From: Burkholderiales bacterium
GTDB taxonomy: Bacteria; Pseudomonadota; Gammaproteobacteria; Burkholderiales; Burkholderiaceae_C
Assembly (NCBI GenBank): GCA_031401195.1
Contig: JANNRI010000109.1
Span: 933-64,932 of the forward strand
Length of the DNA stretch: 64,000 nt
Reading direction: 5' to 3'
In this document: one piece after another, positions 1-8,582 of the stretch
How positions within the stretch are numbered: the stretch's first letter is position 1
Layout: every line of letters begins with the position of its first letter
Position numbers and translations under genes: made by a program
Notes under the pieces: model-generated
Database searches by the model: none
Told to the model about the DNA's origin: nothing
What the model saw: only the letters and a program-made list of their open reading frames with translations

Positions 1-1
1 C

Positions 2-334
<333 letters not shown>

Positions 335-608
335 GGGGCTTGTTTGCTGGCTTGATTCTGGATAGCGATCTGGTGCCAACTGAGGTGGCGAAATGCGGGG
401 CAGGCTACCTGGAGTTTCCCGTGCGGCCTGCGGGAGTTTCATGGTGGCCGCGGTATCGGTGGGCTACCCGCGCGACTTTGAGCACGGCCGCTTCGGCGAA
501 CGATGCGAGCATTTGGGGGCATGGTACGGGCATCCCCCACTCGGTGAGTGCTTCCCGATTTCGAACGTCACGTACCCGGGCAGCAGCGACGGGCCAAGCA
601 AGCGCCCC

Positions 609-847
609 GCAAAGGGCTGTGCGGGCAGGGCGCGGCGCGCATCTGCGGCGCTGAGCAGCACAGGGTTCCTGGCCGCGCGCGTACTCGCGCGCATCCAAGA
701 CTGACTCGCGAACACTGTTTGAGCGAAACGAGCGCAGCGAGTGAAGCGAGTTGTGAGCGGGCCAGGAGCCCGAGCAGCGGAAGGAAGTCGGCGCCCTGCG
801 CCGACCGCCGCAGCTGCGCGCCGCGCCCTGCCCGCACGGCCCTTTGC
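609..847 (+). repeat. Structured dispersed repeat (MITE-like or ncRNA), copy 1
   Basis: 42-bp terminal inverted repeats with 2 mismatches (609-650 / 806-847), nested internal hairpins, core shared with 44207-44445 and 44494-44733. Confidence 0.85.
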
Positions 848-898
848 CGCGCAGCACTTGCCCAGCGGCGGAGCGCCCAGCAAAACCCAAAAGACTCG

Positions 899-1300
899 TC
901 ACCGCCCCCTTGGCGTTGCCGCCCCCGACCACAACCGCCCGAATCCGAACGACAGCTCCCGGTGATGCCGAATCGACAACAGAACCAACGTCGCTTCCGC
1001 CTCCCTCACCATGTAGAGCATCAGATAGTCGCCGTGCAGGTAATCGCGCAGCGCATCCGGTGCGCCGGCCGGCAAGGCCGCAAGCTGCACCAGCGCCTCG
1101 GCCGATTGCGGCGGTTGGTCGAGGTAGCGCCGGCCCATGCGCGGAAAGCAGCGCAGGTTGGGCAAGACGGTGGCGCGCAGTTCGGCCAGCAGCGCATCGA
1201 ACGCGAAGCCTGCGTCGGCCTCCTGAAGGAAGGCCTCGATGACGCCCAGGCGCTCGACGAAGCTGGCGGTGAGCTCGACGCGGTAGAGGCGCTCAGCCAC
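899..1300 (-). CDS. RelE/ParE-family type II toxin
   Basis: GTG start overlapping the antitoxin stop; YRVELTASF...FPRMGRRY...DYLMLY...LLSIRHHRE pattern; directly downstream of a Phd/YefM gene. Confidence 0.75.
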   Translation of the reverse strand: MAERLYRVELTASFVERLGVIEAFLQEADAGFAFDALLAELRATVLPNLRCFPRMGRRYLDQPPQSAEALVQLAALPAGAPDALRDYLHGDYLMLYMVREAEATLVLLSIRHHRELSFGFGRLWSGAATPRGR

Positions 1301-1691
1301 GCTTTCTGGCGGGCTTGGGGGTTGCGGCCCGGGAGGTTGCAGGCTTACGCGCCGCGACCTTGCGTGGGGCTCCCTTGCTCGCGCCGGGCGCCTTGCGGCC
1401 TGCGGCGGCGCGGCGCCGCTGGAGTTGCGCGATGGCGCCGTCGGCCTCGGCCGTGCGGCCGGCCGTGATGTCCGCCAGGCCGCGCCGGGCATCTTCGATC
1501 AGCAGCAGGTGGATGCGCTCGCGCTCGAGGCGGTGGTAGTAGTCCAGCCGCTCGGCATCGATCAGCGCCACATAGCTCTCGCCGTTCTTGGTGATGATCT
1601 TCTCGGCGCCGGCCTTGGCCTGGTCGGCCAGCTCGGAGAGGTTGGCGCGTGCCTGGGTGAAGGGCACGATGTCGCTGGCGGAAAAGCCCAT
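1293..1691 (-). CDS. Phd/YefM-family antitoxin
   Basis: VPFTQARANLSELADQA...IITKNGESYVALI Phd/YefM motif. Confidence 0.85.
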   Translation of the reverse strand: MGFSASDIVPFTQARANLSELADQAKAGAEKIITKNGESYVALIDAERLDYYHRLERERIHLLLIEDARRGLADITAGRTAEADGAIAQLQRRRAAAGRKAPGASKGAPRKVAARKPATSRAATPKPARKRG

Positions 1692-1823
1692 GATCGGTTC
1701 CCGGATGGCAGGTGACAGAATTCTGTGCAGTCTAGGTCGCGGTGCCGCCCCCGCGGCGCCAAGCAAGGCGCCGCCTCTCGGCTTCGTAGTCAGGAGAGTT
1801 CGCGGCGACAAGCGCTTGCCAGT

Positions 1824-1881
1824 CTTGATGTTTGGATCAAGAATCAGGCCAACAAGGCATATCCTTGAGATAAATATCAAG
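1824..1881. promoter_or_regulatory. Two CTTGA-N8-TCAAG palindromic operators upstream of hipB
   Basis: CTTGAtgtttggaTCAAG at 1824-1841 and CTTGAgataaataTCAAG at 1864-1881 in an AT-rich patch; same 5-N8-5 geometry as E. coli hipBA operators. Confidence 0.7.
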
Positions 1882-2156
1882 TGCAAACCCTCCAGGAACT
1901 GGGCGAGGCAGTCGCCGCACGCCGCCGTGCCTTGAAGCTGCGGCAGGCAGCCGTTGCCGCGCAGGCAGGCATCACTGCCGAGTCGCTCTCGCGGTTCGAG
2001 CGTGGCCGCTCGGCCGAGTTTGGCGCCCGCAAGTTGCTTGCAGTGTTGGCGGTGCTGGGCATGGAGCTCGACGTGGTGGCCGCAGGCCAATCGGGCACGC
2101 TGGACGAGTTGAGGCGCGAACGGAACAGTGTGGGCAGCGGGGCGAAACGGTCATGA
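1881..2156 (+). CDS. hipB: XRE/HipB-like HTH antitoxin
   Basis: LRQAAVAAQAGITAESLSRFERG HTH; ATGA overlap with hipA. Confidence 0.8.
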   Translation: MQTLQELGEAVAARRRALKLRQAAVAAQAGITAESLSRFERGRSAEFGARKLLAVLAVLGMELDVVAAGQSGTLDELRRERNSVGSGAKRS

Positions 2157-3532
2157 AGCTGGCCGTGCACGTGCTGGGGCGCGACGTGGCCGTGCTGGAG
2201 CAGGCGGGCGACTTCAAGAGCGTTCTCACCTACCACGCCGCCGTGGATGCGAACGACTTCGTCTCGCTCACCATGCCCGTGCGCACGGAGTCGTACGTGT
2301 GGGACGACCAGCTTCCGCCCGTGCTGCAGATGAACCTGCCCGAGGGCTACCTGCTCCAGGTGCTGCAAGAGCAGTTCGGCCCCCACATCGGAGCCAGCCC
2401 GATTGCCTTGCTGACTGTCATCGGGCGCAACATGGTGGGCCGCCTTCAGGTGGCCGCACCCGGCGCCGAATTGAGCGAACCGGCCAAGCCCATTGAAGTG
2501 GCCGCGCTGCTGAAGGGCGACAACTCCGAAGCGGCCTTTGCCGCGCTCGTGCGTGAACACGCCAGGAGCGGTGTCTCGGGCGTGGTGCCGAAGTTCCTGG
2601 ACGCGCAGCAGGAAGCGGGCCCGGCGGCTGGCCCGCAAAGCGGCGGCCCGGCAACTCTCGAAGAGCGCACTCCGATGGCCCGGCACCGAAAGGTCAGCGT
2701 GGTAACCCGCCGCCACATCATCAAGGGCTCCAGCGCTCAACTGCCTTTCGTGGCCCTGAACGAGCATCTGTGCATGCAGGTGGCCCGCCGTGTGATGCCC
2801 ACCGCCCTGACGGAGGTGTCCGCCGATGGCCAGGCCCTGGTGGTGCACCGGTTCGACGTGGACGAACACGGCCAACCCCGTTGGGGCATGGAAGACTTCT
2901 GCAGCCTACTGGGCCTGCGCCCTGCGGCCAAGTACGACACCACCTGGGAACGCATCGCCCGCGCCGTGCGCGACCACGTGCCCGGCCCGAAACGGCTGGA
3001 CACCTACCGCCAACTCGCCAACACCTTGCTGCTGACCTACGCTTTGCGCAACGCCGACTGCCACGCCAAGAACCTGGCGCTGCTCTACACACGCCGAGAC
3101 GACGTGCATCTTTCTCCGGCCTACGACATGCTCACCACCGGCGTGTACGCGGGTTTCCAGCACAACCCACCCGGCATCGAGTTCATGGGCAAGAAGATAT
3201 GGGCGCCGGGCAAGAACCTGCAGAAGTTCATCGCGGCCACCTTCGGCATTCAGCCCAAGGAACAGCAACAGATGGTGCAAGCGATCAGCGACGCGGTGGC
3301 TGATGTCGGCCCGCAGGTGCGCAACGCCATGCGGCAGCACCCTGCCTTCGAGGATGTGGGAAAGCGCATGCTCATGGCCTGGGCCGAGGGCGTGCAAGGC
3401 TTGCGAGACCAGCGCGTTTACGCGGTGGGCGATTGGGCCGGGGGAGACGCCTTCGAAGGCTTCTCGCCGCCACCGAAGCAGAAGGCCAAAGCCTCCAAGA
3501 TCGGCAGGTCCCCGCTGTTGGGCAAACGCTGA
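2153..3532 (+). CDS. hipA: HipA-family serine/threonine kinase toxin
   Basis: N-terminal coupling domain (VSLTMP...NLPEG), SGVVPK loop, MEDFC, NADCHAKN and LSPAYD motifs. Confidence 0.9.
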   Translation: MKLAVHVLGRDVAVLEQAGDFKSVLTYHAAVDANDFVSLTMPVRTESYVWDDQLPPVLQMNLPEGYLLQVLQEQFGPHIGASPIALLTVIGRNMVGRLQVAAPGAELSEPAKPIEVAALLKGDNSEAAFAALVREHARSGVSGVVPKFLDAQQEAGPAAGPQSGGPATLEERTPMARHRKVSVVTRRHIIKGSSAQLPFVALNEHLCMQVARRVMPTALTEVSADGQALVVHRFDVDEHGQPRWGMEDFCSLLGLRPAAKYDTTWERIARAVRDHVPGPKRLDTYRQLANTLLLTYALRNADCHAKNLALLYTRRDDVHLSPAYDMLTTGVYAGFQHNPPGIEFMGKKIWAPGKNLQKFIAATFGIQPKEQQQMVQAISDAVADVGPQVRNAMRQHPAFEDVGKRMLMAWAEGVQGLRDQRVYAVGDWAGGDAFEGFSPPPKQKAKASKIGRSPLLGKR

Positions 3533-3654
3533 CACACGATCACGCCTGCGCGCATCGCCACGCTCCAGGCAAAGAGAGCGCGCAGGCCTGAGGGCAGCCT
3601 CCGGCCAGCCCACAATCGACAGCCCGAATCCACCCCACCCAGGACGCCCCCACC

Positions 3655-4338
3655 ATGCTGAAGTTCTATTACTCCCTCGCCCCCAACCCCATGAAGGTGG
3701 CCCTATTCCTCGAGGAAGCCGGCCTGCCCTTCGAGGCTATTCCGGTGGACACGCGCAAGGGCGAGCAGCATGCGCCGGCCTTCACCGCGCTCAACCCGAA
3801 TGCCAAGGTGCCGGTGGTCGTGGACGGCGCCAGCACCGTGTGGGACAGCAGCGCCATCCTGCTGTACCTGGCGGAGAAGACCGGCCAGTTCCTGCCCGAC
3901 GCGGCCGACCGCGGCGCCATGCTCTCGTGGCTCATGTTCACGGCCTCGGGCATCGGGCCCTTCACCGGGCAGTGCGTGCACTTCAAGCACTATGCGCCCG
4001 AGCCCAACCCCTACTCGCTCAACCGCTACGACTTCGAAGCCTGGCGGCACTGGAAGATCCTCGAGGCCCACCTGGCCGACAAGCCGTGGATGGTGAGCGG
4101 CCGCTACACCCTGCTCGACATGGCTGTGTGGGGCTGGGCGCGTGCGATGCCCTTCGCGCTGGGCGACAAGTCCTGGGAGCAACTGCCCAACCTGAAGCGC
4201 CACTTCGATGCCATCAATGCGCGGCCGGCGATGCAACGCGTCAACGCGCTGCGCGAGCGGCATGCCTTCAAGACCGAGATGGACGATGCAGCGCGGCGCG
4301 CGATGTTCCCGCAGAACGAGCGGCTGAAGACGGCCTGA
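3655..4338 (+). CDS. Glutathione S-transferase (YfcG/YghU-like)
   Basis: APNPMKV, LNPNAKVP, DSSAILLYLAEK GST motifs. Confidence 0.9.
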   Translation: MLKFYYSLAPNPMKVALFLEEAGLPFEAIPVDTRKGEQHAPAFTALNPNAKVPVVVDGASTVWDSSAILLYLAEKTGQFLPDAADRGAMLSWLMFTASGIGPFTGQCVHFKHYAPEPNPYSLNRYDFEAWRHWKILEAHLADKPWMVSGRYTLLDMAVWGWARAMPFALGDKSWEQLPNLKRHFDAINARPAMQRVNALRERHAFKTEMDDAARRAMFPQNERLKTA

Positions 4339-4484
4339 GTGCGAGGCCTGGCGCCTGGGGGTGGCCGGCCTTCGGGTGAAGTCCCCGGGTTTGACCATCG
4401 GCAGCACTTGGCATGTGCAGACCCGGGCGAGAGCGTAGCTTGCAGGCAACCACGATGCTGGTGCACACCGCGTCGAGGACCAGA

Positions 4485-4850
4485 TCAGGCGAAGTACCGC
4501 ACCTTCATGCGCTGGCAATAGGCCTCCAGCGTGGGCCGCTGCCGCGCGAGACGTTGGATCGGCGAGTCGACCGGCGCCCACAACAGGTTGGCGAGGAAGT
4601 CGGCGACGGCGGTGACGTCCCTGCAGCCGATGGCGTGGATCTCGGCCACGCTGTGGCGGCCCATGCCGTGGCCGCGCATTTCGGCGCGCAGGCCGCGCCG
4701 CGCGAGCGCGGGAACGAACCAGCGCAGCGGCACGGGCAGCATGCCGAAGAAGGCTTCGCGCGTCTTGGCCCAGCCGGCGTCGTCGATCCAGCGCGTGTGC
4801 ACCACAGCCCAGTACAGGCTCTACTCGAACAGGCGCTGGAACGCGGTGAT
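4485..4850 (-). pseudogene. Truncated GST/metaxin(FAX)-like gene remnant
   Basis: ITAFQRLFE*SLYWAVVHTRW...HGMGRHS...ADFLANLLWAP...LEAYCQRMK: in-frame TAG, no N-terminal domain, apparent internal deletion. Confidence 0.65.
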
Positions 4851-4880
4851 CCACCGATGGACGGGTCGAGTCAATGGGAT

Positions 4881-4898
4881 GTCAATGCATGCATTGAC
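4881..4898. promoter_or_regulatory. Perfect 18-bp palindrome, likely FitA autorepression operator
   Basis: GTCAATGCATGCATTGAC upstream of the AAGGAG RBS (4915-4920) and GTG start of the antitoxin. Confidence 0.65.
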
Positions 4899-4926
4899 TA
4901 CAATGCCTACGCTCAAGGAGTCTGCT

Positions 4927-5235
4927 GTGGCCACCCTCACCATCCGCGACCTGGACGAATCGCTCAAGCGTTGCCTTCGCATGCGTGCCGCAAGCCGCAA
5001 CCGTTCCATGGAAGAAGAGGCGCGGCAGATCCTGCGTGCCGCGCTGCTCGAGCCCCCGGCTCCCGGTCATGACTTGGCTTCGCGCATCCATGCCCGGTTC
5101 GCCGGCTTGGGCGATGTGGCTTTGAGTGTGGCCGAGCGCGAGCCCGTGCGACCCCCGCCGAGCTTCGACGAAGGCCCGAATCCGGCTCGATCCACGCCCG
5201 CAACAGGCCGGGCGCGGACGAAGCGGCGGAGATGA
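4927..5235 (+). CDS. FitA-like ribbon-helix-helix antitoxin
   Basis: VATLTIRDLDESLK..LRMRAA..NRSMEEEARQIL; AAGGAG RBS; ATGA overlap with the PIN toxin. Confidence 0.85.
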   Translation: MATLTIRDLDESLKRCLRMRAASRNRSMEEEARQILRAALLEPPAPGHDLASRIHARFAGLGDVALSVAEREPVRPPPSFDEGPNPARSTPATGRARTKRRR

Positions 5236-5657
5236 GCCTGCTGCTGGACACCAACGTGCTCTCGGAACTCCTGCGGGCCGAGCCCGATCAGGCGGTGCTC
5301 GCCTGGCTGGCCAGGCGACCCGCGAACGGCTTGTTCGTGAGCGCAGTGACGCAAGCGGAGATGATGCTCGGCGCCCGTCTGCTGGCCGCGGGCAGGCGGC
5401 GCCAGCGGCTGGAGCAGGCCCTCGAGGCGATGTTCCGCGAGGACTTCGCCGGCCACGTCCTGCCGTTCGACGCCAATTGCGCGGCGGGCTATGCCGACGT
5501 GGTGGCCACGCGGCGCCGGGCAGGCAAGCCCGTTTCGCAGTTCGACGCCCAGATTGCGGCGATCGCCCTCAGCCACCGCCTGGGGCTGGCGACGCGCAAC
5601 GTGTCCGACTTCGAGGGCTGTGGGCTGGTCGTGACAAACCCGTGGGAGATCGGCTGA
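5232..5657 (+). CDS. VapC/FitB PIN-domain toxin
   Basis: LLDTNVLSE, DAQIAAIA, LATRNVSDF PIN motifs. Confidence 0.92.
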   Translation: MSLLLDTNVLSELLRAEPDQAVLAWLARRPANGLFVSAVTQAEMMLGARLLAAGRRRQRLEQALEAMFREDFAGHVLPFDANCAAGYADVVATRRRAGKPVSQFDAQIAAIALSHRLGLATRNVSDFEGCGLVVTNPWEIG

Positions 5658-5669
5658 CGCCGCGAGAAC

Positions 5670-7568
5670 ATGAACCACCATCGTCGTCCGTTGTCGCGCG
5701 CCTTGCGCACCCTGCGCGCCTTCTGCGCCGCCACTCTCGTCTGCCACATCGGCCTGTCTGCCGCGGCCGACGCCCCCGGCGCCCAGCGCTGGGACCTGCG
5801 CGACCTGTACCCCACGCCGGCCGCCTGGGACACGGCGTACCGCGAGACGCGCGAGCGCATCGAGGCGCTGCCGCAGCTGCGCCCGACCCTGGGCACCGAC
5901 GCGGCCTCACTGCTGGCGGGCCTCGCGGCCATCAGCGACCTGCAGAAGACCAGCGGGCGGCTGGCGGTGTACGCCTACCTCCAGGGCGACGAGGACCTGC
6001 GCGTTGCCGCGGCGCAGGAACGGCGCTCGCGTTCGCAGAGCCTGTCCACCCTGCTCGACGAGAAGATCGCCTGGGTGGCGCCGGCCATCCAGGCCCTGGG
6101 CGCCGAGAAGGTGCGCGGATGGATCGCCGCCGAGCCGGCGCTGAAGGCACGCTTCGACACCTACCTGAACGACGTGCTGCGCAATATCCCGCACACGCTC
6201 AGCGCGGAGGGCGAGGCGCTGCTGGCCGCGGGCGGCATCGTGCTGGCGCAGCCCCGCAACATCTACGACCAGCTGGCCGAGGCCGAGTTGCCGCGGCCGC
6301 GCGTGACGCTGAGCACCGGCAAGACGCTCACGCTGACCCAGGACGCCTACGAGCTGAACCGGCGCTCGCCCGTGCGCGCCGACCGCAAGGCGGTGTTCGA
6401 CGCCTTCTTCGGCGGCTGGAAGAAGTTCGAAGGCACCTTCGGCGCGAACCTGGCGGCCCAGGTGCAGGGCACCGTGTTTGCCGCGCGCGCGCGCCGCTTC
6501 GGCGGAACGCTGGAGGCGGCGCTCTTCGCCAACGACATGCCGCCGGCTGTCTACCGCACGCTGGTCGAGCAGGCCAACGCCGGCCTGCCGACGCTGCACC
6601 GCTACCTCAGGCTGCGCAAGAAGATGCTGAGCATCCAGGGCGAACTGGCCTACCACGACAACTACCCGTCGCTGGTGCGCCGCGCCCGCACCGAGCGCTA
6701 CGACATCGAGCGCAGCAAGGCGCTCACGCTGCAGGCGCTGGCGCTGCTGGGCGACGAGTACATCGGCTTGCTGAAACAGGGCTTCGCGGCCCGCTGGATG
6801 GACAGCCATCCGCGCCCGGGCAAGGCCTCGGGCGGGTACATGGCCGGTTATGCCTACGACGTGCATCCCTACCTGCTGCTCAACCACGGCGACGACTACG
6901 AGTCGCTGTCCACCCTGGCGCACGAGTGGGGCCACGCGGTGCACACGATGCTGACCAAGGCCCACCAGCCGTTCGAGAAGGCCGACTACTCGACCTTCAT
7001 CGCCGAGTCGGCCTCGATTGCCAACGAGATGCTGCTGTCGGATTACCTCGTGGCCAATGCGCGCACGCGCGAGGAGAGGATGTACTTCCTGGCCGAGGCC
7101 ATGGAATCGATCCGCACCACCTTCTTCCGCCAGACGATGTTCGCGGAGTTCGAGCTCGCCATGCACGAGGAGGTCGAGGCCGGCCGACCGCTCTCGGGCA
7201 AGCGCCTGTCAGAGCTGTACTGCGGCGTGGCCCGGCGCTACTACGGCGAGGCGCAGGGCGTGATGAAGATCGACCCGGCCTACTGCGTGGAGTGGATCTA
7301 CATCTCGCACTTCTACCGCGGTTACTACGTCTGGCAGTACGCCACCTCGATGGTCGGCGCCGCGCAGTTCAGCCAGGCCATCGCCAGCGAAGGGGCGCCC
7401 GCGCGCGAACGCTTCATCAAGCTGCTCAAGGCGGGCGGGTCGGACTACCCCTATGCGCTCTACAGGCAGGCCGGCGTCGACCTCGCGTTGCCCGGCCCCT
7501 ACCAGGCGCTGATGGCGCGCATGAACCGGCTGATGGACGAATTCGAGAAGCTGGCCGCCGGCAAGTAG
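5670..7568 (+). CDS. pepF: Oligoendopeptidase F (M3B) with signal-peptide-like N-terminus
   Basis: WDLRDLYP, HPYLLLN, AHEWGH zinc motif, AESAS, YYVWQYA. Confidence 0.9.
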   Translation: MNHHRRPLSRALRTLRAFCAATLVCHIGLSAAADAPGAQRWDLRDLYPTPAAWDTAYRETRERIEALPQLRPTLGTDAASLLAGLAAISDLQKTSGRLAVYAYLQGDEDLRVAAAQERRSRSQSLSTLLDEKIAWVAPAIQALGAEKVRGWIAAEPALKARFDTYLNDVLRNIPHTLSAEGEALLAAGGIVLAQPRNIYDQLAEAELPRPRVTLSTGKTLTLTQDAYELNRRSPVRADRKAVFDAFFGGWKKFEGTFGANLAAQVQGTVFAARARRFGGTLEAALFANDMPPAVYRTLVEQANAGLPTLHRYLRLRKKMLSIQGELAYHDNYPSLVRRARTERYDIERSKALTLQALALLGDEYIGLLKQGFAARWMDSHPRPGKASGGYMAGYAYDVHPYLLLNHGDDYESLSTLAHEWGHAVHTMLTKAHQPFEKADYSTFIAESASIANEMLLSDYLVANARTREERMYFLAEAMESIRTTFFRQTMFAEFELAMHEEVEAGRPLSGKRLSELYCGVARRYYGEAQGVMKIDPAYCVEWIYISHFYRGYYVWQYATSMVGAAQFSQAIASEGAPARERFIKLLKAGGSDYPYALYRQAGVDLALPGPYQALMARMNRLMDEFEKLAAGK

Positions 7569-7598
7569 GCGGCGAGATCACACCGCCCACACCTGCCG

Positions 7599-8522
7599 AT
7601 GCAGTTGCCCGCCGACATCGACGTCGCCGCGTTCGACGCCCTGCACGACGACCCCGCGGCCTGGCGCGGCGTGATCGAGTCGCTGGCGCGCGAACACGGC
7701 GCGCCAGACGCAGCCGACGTGCGGCAGCAGACCGAGGGCACGGTGCTGGTGGCGCTTATGGGCCGCGAGCGCGTGCTCAAGCTGTACCCGCCCTTCCTGC
7801 GCGACCACTTCGAGTTCGAGCGCGCGATGCTTGCGCAGTTGCACGGGCGACTGCGCGTGCCCACGCCGCAGTTGCTGACCAGCGGCGAGCGCGAGGGCTG
7901 GCCCTATCTCGTGATGACGCAGATGGCGGGCGAGCCGCTCACCGCCACCTGGCCGACGATGAGCGAGGCCGAGCGCTGCGCGCTGCTGCGCGAGCTGGGC
8001 GCGCTGGCCGCCGAAGTGCACGCGCTGCCGGTGGGCCCGCTGGCCACACTGGCGCCGCGCTGGGACGACTTCATCGCCCGCCAGCGCGAGCGCTGCCTGC
8101 ACCGGCAGCAGCGCACCGGCCTGCCCGCTCACCTGCTGGCCGCACTGCCGGCCTTCATCGCCGGCCCGCTGCCCGAGGGGCCGGCCGTGCTGCTGACGGG
8201 CGAGTACACACCCTTCAACCTCTTCACGACCGTCTGCGCGACAGGCCATCGTCTGAGCGCGATGTTCGATTTCGGCGACGGCCTCGTCGGCCCGCGCGAG
8301 TACGACTGGCTCGGCCCGCAGTGCTTCCTCGTGGCTGGCGACGCGGCACGAAGCGCCGCCTTTATGCACGGAGTTGGCGCAGCCGTGGACAGCGACATGC
8401 GGCTGCGCCTGATGCGCCTGCTGCTGCTGCACCGATATAGCAACCTCACGGCGCAAGTGGCCGTCGAGGGCTGGCAGCATGCGCCAAGCTTCGAAGACTT
8501 GGCGCGGCGGCTCTGGCCGTAG
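7599..8522 (+). CDS. Aminoglycoside phosphotransferase/choline kinase-fold protein
   Basis: VLKLYP, WPYLVMTQM.GEPL, FDFGD; Brenner-type motif reads TGEYTPFN. Confidence 0.75.
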   Translation: MQLPADIDVAAFDALHDDPAAWRGVIESLAREHGAPDAADVRQQTEGTVLVALMGRERVLKLYPPFLRDHFEFERAMLAQLHGRLRVPTPQLLTSGEREGWPYLVMTQMAGEPLTATWPTMSEAERCALLRELGALAAEVHALPVGPLATLAPRWDDFIARQRERCLHRQQRTGLPAHLLAALPAFIAGPLPEGPAVLLTGEYTPFNLFTTVCATGHRLSAMFDFGDGLVGPREYDWLGPQCFLVAGDAARSAAFMHGVGAAVDSDMRLRLMRLLLLHRYSNLTAQVAVEGWQHAPSFEDLARRLWP

Positions 8523-8582
8523 CACAAGGTTGCGCCTGCGCCGGGCGGGGCTGGGTAGCATGGGAGGGCCTGACAAATCGGG

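Noticed and set aside
340-600. Possible gene remnant between hsdM and the element
   Set aside because: No frame gave a recognisable motif.
695-760. Hammerhead-like CTGA...GAAA in the element core
   Set aside because: No CUGANGA, and GAAA is not conserved in copies 2 and 3; no known ribozyme consensus could be matched by eye.
393-965. Several ORFs across the element (also at 44068-44853) with similar peptides such as LTTRF..CAR..QT.FASQ
   Set aside because: The similarity is only translation of the non-coding repeat; starts and stops are inconsistent between copies.
5126-8440. Very long alternative-frame ORFs (also 45516-48617, 51223-54318, 59589-62843)
   Set aside because: Shadow ORFs of real genes in a high-GC genome; low-complexity composition and no motifs.
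7599-8522. Antibiotic resistance gene call
   Set aside because: Fold-level similarity only, altered catalytic motif and no mobile context.
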